Below are positions 52,803 through 64,000 of a stretch of 64,000 nucleotides of DNA, piece after piece. Every line of letters begins with the position of its first letter. The first letter of the stretch is position 1. The notes under the pieces were generated by a model. It made no database searches. It had not been told where the DNA came from and saw only the letters and a list, made by a program, of their open reading frames with translations. The position numbers and the translations under genes are program-made. The DNA is from Octopus sinensis. Taxonomy: Eukaryota. Location: positions 81,158,001 to 81,222,000 of the forward strand of contig NC_043004.1 of the NCBI RefSeq assembly GCF_006345805.1. Direction: 5' to 3'.

Positions 52803-54237
52803 ATAATGACAGACTGTCATATGGAGGTACGTGAAAACCAGTTGCATGTAACTCATCACAATGTAAAATCTTTATCCAGTGGTGACTCCGGCACTCGGGC
52901 TGTTCAGGCTTAGCCCGAGTATAAATTTAATAAAGTGAACGTGTATTATCAATCTGATTCAGTTTCTGCCAATGTTGACTTCAAATATGTAATTGCAGCC
53001 AATAACTCGGGCGTCTTTTATTGATCCTAGTCGCAGTTCATTTATTTTCGTTTAGCGTCTGGCGGTCGTCTTCGAGTTGCCCTTTGTCAAAAATATCATT
53101 CATAACAGAAGTTCTCTCGACATCCTTCACACACTCCTCAGCAGTTGCAGCCCGAGTTGTTATCTATAATCGTAAAATTTAAAAGTAGTTCAAATTCAAT
53201 CTTTTCTTGAAACAATAAATTTCTATAGAGATTAGGATTTAAATTAAAATCTATGAAAAGCTTCCGTTCTACAGTATTCTTAAAGGAACGAAATATTTTC
53301 CAGCAACTCGGGCTAATACGAACGAGCCTGGTTGATGAAAAAAGACTAACTGGCATCTCTTGTCAAGAGTACAGGCGACAGTCAGATCGCTGATGTTTGT
53401 TGTGTACTCCGCTGTCGTTATTTGATTGATGTTATTCTGTGCATCTGTGTGTAAAACATCAGTCGACCTTTGCGGAATTTGAACTCAGAACGTAAAGACA
53501 AACGAAATACCTCTAAGCATTTCGCCCGGCGTGTTAACGTTTCCGCCAGCTCGCCGCCTTAAAATTCAGACATATTGCCTTTGAACGATGTGGAAATCGT
53601 CCGTTTCTTAAGACGATAGTGTTTAATTTGAATGTGATTTAACTGATATTTCTCGCCAGTGCAACGGCCATATAGGGGTACCTTTCATTATCTCATCTCC
53701 GTTGTCATTGATGATTAGTTCAAGGTTATCTCTGTTTAATCAGATATATAACCAAAGGCAATCCAGTCATGACAATCCCACGTTTTCTATGTACAAATAA
53801 GCCAGTAGCACATTATTCGATATTACTATCTGTGTCTCAAGATGGCAGGCTAGAGTTTTAGAGAGTTTGACTGCTATGTCTAGACCGCCACCCTACAACC
53901 TTGATGGTCCTCTTATAATCTCTTGTATCTGGCATTACAGATGTTTTGTGCGTGTGTATGAGAGCATGACAATTCATTATGTGAGCAATAATACCTGTCA
54001 ACAAACAACACCAGTTTCTCATATAACACGTGGATAACCTGTCATAAACTTGATCCCCGTTTGAGTGATAAAGATAAAAAAAAACGAAAGATTGAAAGGT
54101 GGAAGGAACGTGGGAGAGAGAGAGAGAGGGATAGAATGAAAGAAAATCCGGATTTTTGAAATACTAAAATAGTTTAGTCACTTCAACATCATACATTTTA
54201 AAAAGGCCAATTCCAACCTTGTTTTATATACTTTATC

Positions 54238-54304
<67 letters not shown>

Positions 54305-54335
54305 ATAATTATTATTATTATTATTATTATTATTA

Positions 54336-54396
54336 CTTTTTTTTTTCTTCTTTCAAATTTGCTTCCATTTCTTGCCGAGTGTCTTCCCGACTCCTA
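54336..54396 (-). mobile_element. 61-bp retroelement-like 3' end embedded in (TTA)n on both sides
   Basis: Reverse complement of 46542-46602, with pure (TTA)n flanks. Confidence 0.68.
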
Positions 54397-54422
54397 TATT
54401 ATTATTATTATTATTATTATTA

Positions 54423-55985
54423 TGCCGACAAGTCGGTGGGATTGCGACTGGGCAACTGGCGAGGTAGATCAATGCTGTCGGACGGTGTTGTCGCACACAC
54501 TGGACTGACGGATCAGTGAAACTGCACTGGATCGAGTTGGTCCCGACATCCAGGTGGATAAGAATTGAGAAGAGGTGACGAACAGGGTGACCTCTCTTTA
54601 CCTAGAAATGGGCAGAGAGGAAGTTGTCCCTGAAGGGTCGGACAGAGGTGGCGAATGCCTACATCGCTTCTGTCATTATTTATCGTCTGACCGTCGTGCC
54701 TTGCTCCAATTACTACTTGATTAAACTGGAGCGTATCCTGTTTATTTTCTTGTGGAAAGGACGCGTTCCAATGGTCAGGCGGTCAGTCTGCTGCCAACTT
54801 CCTTTGCGTGGAGGCTTTGGCATGCCATGGATTTTAATGCGCAGACACGCACTCAGGTTGCGCCAGCTGCAGCGATTTCTAGGTGAACGTGTGTGGGCTC
54901 CGCTTGTGAGACACGCCTTTCCGCAGCTCGCCTCCTTGACAGTTCTGCAGTCTTGGGTAGAGGATAGGCCGGGACTGGGCGCCTGGCATTTAGAATGCGG
55001 TCAGGCACTCACTGGCTCTACAAGTTGGGCAACTGGATAGGTGGGTGTTTCGCTATAGATATTTGCAGAGAATTAGTAGCGGGGAAGTGCGACGACGTTC
55101 TCGGGGAGACCCTAACCGTCGACGAAAACGAACTGGCATGTCTATTCCGGAGGACTTTCCGGTCGGGGATTGTTATGGATAATTTCCAGATGTCTTTGGC
55201 CTGGCAGTGCTACCGGGGGTCGGGTGGGGGGGGGGCTACCGGTTGCAGATAAACTCTACAGGCACGAATGTGTTGTCAGACGGACTTGTCCGAGGTGCTC
55301 GCAGAGCGACGAAACCTTTCTGCATGCACTCGTTCAATGTCCGGGCATTGCTGACTTGTGGGCTTATGTCGAACAGCTACTGTCGCGTATAGGACAGATC
55401 CGTCTGTCGTCCAAGTCCATAATGACGATTGCTCCGCCGCCCTCCGTTAGTCAAGGCAGTTTTTCTTTGTATGGTGGCTGTGGTGAAAGAGGTTATCTGG
55501 TGGACGAGGTTGACATGAATGAGAACAAAAACATTACTCTTTGGTAAAGCACCCATCGAATTTTTTCAAGTTTCATTTGAAAAGGTAAGTGAGGGTGGAG
55601 ATGGAGATGCTGTCCTCGAGTGAATTTATAAAAAGATGGGTGAAAGTTGCGATAACGGCCAGAGTGGATGGTACCACTCTCAGTGTAGATCTGTGAGTAG
55701 GAAGAAAGAAGTTGGAGTGGGCTCTCGTTCTTGGTACTCAGGGTTGTCTCGGATGGTGGGTTTCCTTGATTATCCCTAGAAGCCCTCGTGAATCAGGGGG
55801 TCCCCATCACGACCCCTTTCCCCCTCGTTTTCTAGTGCTATATACTATGTATACTTCCCTTCTTCTGATATATACCGTGTATACTTTTTATTTTATCATT
55901 CCATTATATGTAACCCCCTCCCCACACTTTATGTCTGTCTTTGTTTTGTCCCCTCATCCTTGCCCTGGTGGAAAATAAAAAAACC
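54423..55985 (+). mobile_element. L1/Tx1-clade LINE, 5'-truncated: decayed ORF2 C-terminal half, 3' UTR and A-rich tail
   Basis: LSLKGRTEVANAYIASVIIYRL..FIFLWKG..PLRGGFGMP; a CCHC finger CPRC..ETFLHALVQC; stop at 55694-55696; AAAATAAAAAAA at about 55972-55983. Confidence 0.9.
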
Positions 55986-56091
55986 ATTATCAATATTATT
56001 ATTACTACTACTACTACTATTTATTATTATTATTATTATTATTATTACTGTTTTATTATTATTATTATCATCATTATTATCGTCGTCCTCG

Positions 56092-56132
<41 letters not shown>

Positions 56133-57057
56133 AAGGCGATGAGCTTGAAGAGTGGTTAACATGCCGGACAAAATGTCTAGAAGCATTTCGATCGTCTTTA
56201 TGTTCTCAGTTCAAATTCCACCAAGGTTGACTTTGCCTTTCATTAATTCCGGAGTCTATAAAATAAGTACCAGTTACGTACGCGTTGGGGTTGATGGTAT
56301 CATCTTACCACCACTCCTCACCACCTCGAAATTACTGTCCTTGTACTAATATTTGAAACCAACACACACACACACACATACATACACGCATACATACGCA
56401 CATACATACATACATACATACATACATACATACATACATACATACATACAACGAACTTCTTTCAGTTTCCATCTTCCAATCAAATCACAAGGCTTTGGTT
56501 GGCCCGAGACTATAGTGAAAGACATTTGCCGAAGGTGCCACGCAGTGGGACTGAACCTGGAACCGTGTGGATGAGAAGCCACGCCTGCGCCTGTATAGTT
56601 ACAATCAAGGCACTCTAAATTTAGACTTCCAGGCGGCAGAGTGGACAGGAGTCGTTTGCGTGTAGTCCAGTGGTTAAAGTTTAGGTTACTAGTTGTGTAG
56701 GTTCCTCATGTTGAGTGATAGTTCTTCATGCCTTGATTCTAACAAAACATTTTCACTCAACCGTGTCGGCCTTCATGTTAGGCGCAAAATACACTGTTAC
56801 GTAACACTAACGCACGGACGTAGCAGGAAATATACCAAAGGTTTTAAACTTAATAACGTGTTCCTTCTCTACAAACACTTGACGGAAAATATTCAGAGCA
56901 TTCCTTGTTTAGTATTGTCACTAGAAATATTCAGTCAACCGTGGCAAACCTTAACTTATGACGCCAAACATTGTCACTTGATAAAAACACACGGACGTAG
57001 AGGGGGAACTTACAACAATTTCTAAGACTCAGTCAATCAAGTCCTATTCAAGACATA

Positions 57058-57480
57058 GGGAGGCTCAATGGCCCAGTGGTTAGGACAGAGGACGCGCAGT
57101 CATATGATCACGGTTTCGATTTCCAGACAGGGTGTTTATTGAGCGAAAACACCCAAAGCTCCACGAGGCTCCGGCAGGGAGTGGTAGCGAACCCCTCTGT
57201 ACTCTTTCACTACAACCTTCTCACACTCTTTCTTCCTGTTTCTGTTGTACCTGTATTTCAAAGGGGCCAGCCTTGTCACACTCTGTGTCACGCTGAATCT
57301 CCCCAAGAACTACGTTAAGGGTACACGTGTCTGTGGAGTACTCAGACGGATAGAATAAGTACTAGGCTTACAAAGAATAAGTTCTGGGGTTGATTTCTTG
57401 GACTAAAACCATTTAAGCCGGTACTCCAGTATGGCCACAGTCAACTGACTATAACAAGTAAACGAATAAAGGAATGTAAA
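57058..57480 (+). mobile_element. Chimera: SINE-C 5' part fused to a SINE-A-type 3' half
   Basis: SINE-C runs to ..GGAGTACTCAGAC (about 57346), then GATAGAATAAGTACTAGGCTTACAAAGAATAAG..CTCCAGTATGGCCACAGTC. Confidence 0.7.
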
Positions 57481-57482
57481 TA

Positions 57483-57870
57483 TATAGGGGCAGGAGTGGA
57501 TGTGTAGTAACTAGCTAGCTTACCAGCCACATGGTTCCGGGTTCAGTCTCACTGCGTGGTACCTTGGGCGAGTGTCTTCCACTATAGCCTCGGGATGACC
57601 AAATCCTTGTGAGTGGATTTGGTAGACGGAAACAGAAAGAATCCCGTCGGATATATATATATGTGTGTTTGTGTGTATGTATCTGTCTGTATATGTTTGC
57701 GCGTGTGTTTGTTCACCCAACATCGCTTGACAACTGATGCTGATATGTTTACGTCTCCGTCACTTAGCGGTTCGGCAAAAGAGACCGATAGAATAAGTAC
57801 TAGGTTTGCTCCACTAAAGGCGGTGCTCCAGCATGGCCGCAATCAAATGACTGGAACAAATAAAAGAATA
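57483..57870 (+). mobile_element. SINE-A, diverged
   Basis: Head ATAGGGGCAGGAGTGG through the tail. Confidence 0.85.
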
Positions 57871-57903
57871 AAAATATATATGTACACACACACACACACA
57901 CAC

Positions 57904-58615
<712 letters not shown>

Positions 58616-58958
58616 TAGTTTTTGTTAGTTTTTTTTTTTTTTTTTTTTCAAGCATCTGCATGTTCACTGCGTAAACTTACACGTCCTTATGTTTATCGTA
58701 TTCGCAGACGCCCCTGTTTTTATCCAAAAACACCAAACACTATATACACCGAACAAGTGAACTAGATTTCGACGTTGGAACGGCGTCAGTCTGTCTGACC
58801 ATTTCCCATTGTGATAGGTCTTGTCAGTTTATCACAAGTTTCTGGTATTTTAGTATAGAAACTATAATAGTAACAATAGTTCACCCCAAGTGTCTACATT
58901 ATGACCAACAAGCAAGCACTTGTATCTCTCTTTTACCCACCATTCTCTTCCTCCCCTT

Positions 58959-58999
<41 letters not shown>

Positions 59000-59329
59000 G
59001 TGTTTTATGTACTTATCACCAATCACCCCTCCCCCTTGGCGTCTATTTATACCCTTTTTACCTCCTTCCTCTTAGGAAGCAACGTTTTCTCTTTTTCCAC
59101 TGACGACATATAAGGTGTTCGTGTATGTGTGCATATATGTGTGCGTATTTATATATACTTATATATGTGTCTGCTTATATATATATACCAACCACATGGT
59201 TCCGTGTTCAGTCCCACTGCGTGTCCACTAGGACCAACCAAAGACTTGTGAGTGGATTTGATAGACGGAAACTGAAGGAAGCCCGTCGTATATATATGTA
59301 TATGTATATATATATATGTATACATACAT

Positions 59330-59408
<79 letters not shown>

Positions 59409-59559
59409 TTATATTTCTTTACTGCCCACAAGGGGCTAAACGAAGTCGACCTGGGCGGAATTTGAACTCAGAACGTAGCGGCAGACGAAATACCGCTAAG
59501 CATTTCGCCCGGAGTGCTAACGTTTCTGCCAGATCGCTGCCTTAGAAATAAAAGGTTTA

Positions 59560-59632
59560 CGACCACGACGAGACTCGAACTCGCAATCTTCTGATTCGAA
59601 GTCAGACGCCTTATCCATTAGGCCACGGTATA
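59560..59632 (-). tRNA. tRNA-Arg-TCG: tRNA-Arg(TCG) with broken acceptor stem (probable pseudogene)
   Basis: Minus strand: TATACCG-TGGCCTAATGGATAAGGCG-TCTGA-CT-TCG-AA-TCAGA-AGATT-GCGAG-TTCGAGT-CTCGT-CGTGGTC-G, then TAAACCTTTT. The D, anticodon and T arms pair. The 5' strand should be GACCACG to pair with CGTGGTC. Confidence 0.85.
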
Positions 59633-59636
59633 CATA

Positions 59637-59718
<82 letters not shown>

Positions 59719-59729
59719 CCTAAATGGAA

Positions 59730-60173
59730 CAAAAGTGAAATGGAGGACATTGAAACATTCGGACAGATAGACGATAAAAAGACGGACAAGAGAAACAACA
59801 ATTAGAAGGGCAGGCAAAAAAAGACGGGTCATTCGTAGCTTTCTTTCCTCGGTCAAGTTCCAGAAGTCAAGACCAATTTGGGTAGTTACACTTAGGATGT
59901 TTCTATCTGGTTGCCACCAAAAAGTCTAGGCTAAGGGCATTGGATCCCTTTGCAAGAAAGCTAGCGACTGTGTACGGCAACAGAGACTTAAAAAAAAGAA
60001 CCGGAGAACATGGTACATATTTACAAAAACAAACAACAAGAAATAACAACAGGTGTCTTTCGACTGAGAACAAATAAAAGTGTGCTGGCATGTATGAAGT
60101 GAAAGCCTAAAGGCATGAACATAGAAGATGGACATAAGAGGTGCTGGCGGTCGGCAGTCAAGCCAATATATAA

Positions 60174-60220
<47 letters not shown>

Positions 60221-61190
60221 GGAGTAAACACATAAATGTGAAACAAGGTGGAAAAAAGAGTACTCAAATACTAGTGGTAGAGTAATATGCTTTATTTAAA
60301 GCAGCAGAAAATTCAACGGGAAACTCAGAGTAACAGGTTTTGTTGAATTTTCTGCTGCTTTAAATAAAGTATATATATGTGTGTGTGTGTATGTGTGTGT
60401 GTGTATGTGTGTGTGTGTACAACAGGAAAAGGGGTATTTCGATTATCCCCACCTGAGTTGTAATATATATATAAGAATTTAAAGAAAGGAAAATACACAC
60501 ACTTTGACGACTCTATTTCTCTCTATCAGCCCTTTCACGCTTATTCGTTCATCCCACTCTTCTTTCATTCGTTTCCCCTCTCTCACATTTCTTTGCCTTC
60601 TATTCTTACTCACTTTTCCTAAACTTTTCACTTCACTGTGTCCCTGTTATTTTTTCTCGCCCCTCCTTAATTCTTCTGTCCCTCTGCTTCTACTTCTCTC
60701 TCTTCTATTCCCACGTGACCGCTGTTAGGTCAAGCCTGTTCTTTCTTTCTTGGTCTGACCGTTGTCCGTGCAACATCGATATTCTTCTGTGTGTCTGTGA
60801 ATTTTGGTATCTCTGCCATTTACACACGCGTCAGCTTAATTCAGTTCGTCCTTAGTCGAAAGACACCTATTGTTATGTCCTGTTATTATTTTTATTGTAT
60901 TTATATTCGTGTAACATTGTCCGTTTTTTCCGTCCTTGTTTTTGTATACATTCGCTGCTTTCTTCCAAGGAATCTAATTCTCTTAGTTTAGTTTTTCCTT
61001 AAGACATGCCAGATTAGAGCAATCTCGAGAATAATCAGCCGAAATTGCGAGGATAATCTGGTGCTTGACTGACGAAAGAAAACTTCGAATGACTCGTCCT
61101 TGTTTTCTTTGTATCGTCAATCTGGATGTTTTGTTGTCCCGTTTTGTATCACCTAGCTGTCCGGATGCTTTGCGTTCTTGTCCCATTTGT
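59730..61190. repeat. Two diverged, oppositely oriented copies of one repeat (about 59900-60070 minus, about 60845-61030 plus)
   Basis: AGTCGAAAGACACCTRTTGTTAT and GCTTTCTT.CAA.G.ATC.AAT..CTTAG are shared in inverted orientation. Confidence 0.55.
60290..60369. repeat. Perfect 28-bp inverted repeat with 24-nt spacer
   Basis: CTTTATTTAAAGCAGCAGAAAATTCAAC (60290-60317) pairs with GTTGAATTTTCTGCTGCTTTAAATAAAG (60342-60369). Confidence 0.95.
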
Positions 61191-61329
61191 TTATTATATA
61201 TATATATATATTATATAATAATATATATATATCTATATAATTAACGAAGAGCAAACAGAAAAAATAACAGCGCGAGAACGTGATACTGTAAAGTAATAGC
61301 AGACGGTGAGGGAAGGAAAGAGAAAGGTG

Positions 61330-61364
61330 GTTTTACGTTTCGAGCAAAGCTCTTCTTCAGAAAC
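61330..61364 (-). ncRNA. Minimal type I hammerhead ribozyme, intact core, palindromic stem III (within PLE-like remnant 61240-61420)
   Basis: GTTT-CTGAAGA-A-GAGC-TTT-GCTC-GAA-ACGT-A-AAAC. Confidence 0.78.
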
Positions 61365-61483
61365 AGGAAACAGAATAAAAATCCAATATAAAAAGGAAGA
61401 CGGAGGGAAAAAATATGTAATATATATATATACATACATACATACATACATAATACATACATACATACATACATATATATATG

Positions 61484-61557
<74 letters not shown>

Positions 61558-62204
61558 TATATTATATATATATACAGTAATAAGAATTCCATATAACAAA
61601 AAGATGTTTTGGGTGTATAGAAAAGTCTGTATCATCAGATGTTCCGATACACTCTCATTTGCGAAGTACATGCAACCTCAGCTAAATGTGTCAAGTGATG
61701 TTGCCTTAGATGTGTACACTTATATACATACATACATGTGTGTTTGTATATATCTATGTGTGTGTGTGTGTTTTATGTTTGTGTGTGTAAAATAACAGTA
61801 AGAATTTCGCTTAAATAACCAATTTCGTGGGTGTGTAGGACAAGTCCACCTTGTCAGATGTTCTGAGGCACACTCAGTTATTAAGTACATGTAACTCTAA
61901 TTATATCTGTCAAGTGTTCCTCTCTTAAATATGTTCACTCATTGACCCCCCCCACACACACACACATCCACACACACGCACGCACATGCATACGTACACA
62001 CATACACGAACACACCCACCCACGCACATACACAGACACATGCACAGACACACGCAACACACGCATACACACGTACACACATACAGACATAGACACACAC
62101 GCACGCACACACGCGCGCGTACACGCACACATACACACATGTATACAAATACGCACACAGACACATATACAGACGTCACCTTAGTGACATCTATACTTGT
62201 GCCT

Positions 62205-62402
62205 TTTGTACATTATTTACATTATTTACATTATTTACATTATTTACATTATTTACATTATTTACATTTGATGGATATTTGTCTTCATCTGGTTTGTTGT
62301 TAACACAACGTTTTGGCTGATATAGCCTCCAGCCTTCATCAGAAGTCTTGTGGAAATTTCGAACCTGGGTTCTCATTCCTAAGGTAATTTTCGATGTTGT
62401 TA

Positions 62403-62455
<53 letters not shown>

Positions 62456-62625
62456 AGCAACATCGCAAAATACCTTAGGAATGAGAACCCAGGTTTGAAA
62501 TTTCCCCCAAGACACCTGATGAAAGCTGGAGAGTATATCAGCCGAAACGTTGTGTTAACAACAAACAAGATGAGGACAAATATCTGTCAAATGTAAATAA
62601 TGTAGATAATGTACAAAATTCCTCA
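62205..62625. mobile_element. Inverted pair of Penelope-like terminal repeats around (TTA)n, each with a hammerhead motif
   Basis: Arms about 62215-62402 (minus) and about 62455-62625 (plus). Motifs lie at 62302-62347 (minus) and 62511-62556 (plus). Confidence 0.72.
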
Positions 62626-62953
62626 TCTCTTAAATATAGAACTGTATTGTGCCTTTTGGTTGTAATTTGGGAATAAGCCACTTTCGTAATTTTTAATTCC
62701 CGAGCGGAAGTCAAAACTTATCTGCACTTTTGCCATAACATATCTTTATGTTATAATAAACTATATCCTCTGTATAGATTACATTATAACACGCACTACA
62801 AGGCTGAAAACTACGTAAAGCGCTTAACACAACACAAATCCTTCCTTCCAAAACGTTTATGTCATTCTATATTTCTTCAAGATCTTTTTATATGAGTAAT
62901 AATTTTTAACTGAAAAAAATCATTCTTCAAATGTATATGTGTTTGTCCATATA

Positions 62954-63290
62954 TCTTTAAATATAAAACTGTAGTTGTGTGAGTGTCTGTCCCCTTCGAT
63001 TTAGATTCCTAACTACTCCCACATTTTGCGATGCAGTTTAACCAAAACCGGGTATCTTATAGTCGTGATTCATATCAAGCCCTTCTGTGTATTAGCGCGC
63101 GTCTACGATGAGTCTACAATTTTAAAAATAATTTAACATCATTTTTTTCCATTTTAACGCATATCTTTTAAATAAAGGGAAGTACCTCTCTAAAAATGTC
63201 TACGATGAGTCAACGATTTAAAAAAAAAATTTACCATAATTTTTTTTCCATTTTTAATGCATTTTTTGCTATTTTTTGGCTATAACTCTC

Positions 63291-63292
<2 letters not shown>
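62954..63292 (+). mobile_element. Non-autonomous Helitron 5' part, 3'-truncated
   Basis: A|TC start. It shares AAATTTACCAT.ATTTTTTTCCATT..TTTTTTGCTATTTTTTGGCTATAACTCTCTAAA with the 40425 Helitron and lacks the CTAG end. Confidence 0.62.
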
Positions 63293-63329
<37 letters not shown>

Positions 63330-63715
63330 ATATATATATGTGTATATATAATTTATATATTTGTATATATATATTATATTTTTTATATATATATATTATA
63401 TATAATATATTGGAATTACGAAAGCTTGAGCCAGGCTACTATATATTATATATATATATATAACATATATGTATGTATGTATGTATATATATATATATAT
63501 ATATGTAATTAAAATTTTAACAAAACTGTCCGACGAACGTGAACTCCGAGTAACAGGTTTTGTTGAATTTCTGCTGCTTTTATATAAAGTATATATACAC
63601 ATATATATATATATATATATACATATATATACATATATATACAAATATATATATATACATGCATATATATATAGATGTATATATATACACATATACATAT
63701 ACATATATATATACA

Positions 63716-63788
<73 letters not shown>

Positions 63789-64000
63789 GTATATGTATAT
63801 GTGTATATATAATATATATACATCTATACACACATGTTTATGTATGCGTATATATGTGTCGTTTGTATGTATAGGTGTAGGTGTCACATACATAAGACAG
63901 CACGTACATTATAGCAACAACACAAACATTAGCTTAAAGTATTATGGTAATGTAATCCTTAGTGAGTTTCTATAAAGAAAAACAACAAACAAACCTGCTA

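Noticed and set aside
52890-53320. Recurrent CTCGGGC/GCCCGAG motifs in both orientations
   Set aside because: They may be transposon subterminal repeats, but no termini or TSD could be defined.
61065-61100. CTGACGA-AAG-AAAA-CTT-CGAA motif (related CCGAGGA copy near 59845, minus)
   Set aside because: The A15.1-U16.1 pair and stem I could not be built, so it is not counted as a hammerhead.

Overview
This is 64 kb of AT-rich, extremely microsatellite- and transposon-dense eukaryotic DNA, with a 100-N gap at 5857-5956. The SINE families and repeat landscape look like an Octopus (cephalopod) genome; this is recognition, not a database match. No host protein-coding exon can be supported, and nearly all ORF-track entries are microsatellite translations. 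Recognisable content: three abundant tRNA-headed SINE families (called A, B and C here) plus a tRNA-Asp-headed unit; decayed LINE fragments (L1/Tx1, two RTE types, CR1/L2-like, R4/Dong-like, Penelope-like); Tc1/mariner remnants (DD34D, maT-like, Tc1); non-autonomous Helitrons; MITEs; a 5'-damaged tRNA-Arg(TCG); and a decayed 28S rRNA fragment. The strongest non-obvious signal is about a dozen minimal type I hammerhead ribozyme motifs from roughly 8 unrelated repeat families. Two have a fully intact core (8422-8480 and 61330-61364, both minus strand). Stem I sequences differ between families yet stay complementary, and stem III is usually palindromic. Other notable structures are an inverted duplication giving filled and empty SINE sites, a tRNA-Asp/28S/SINE composite, SINE multimers with a shared junction and ~183-bp period, several elements associated with (TAA)n, and multiple fold-back palindromes. 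All alignments and folds were done by eye, and element boundaries are approximate unless a TSD or TIR is cited.
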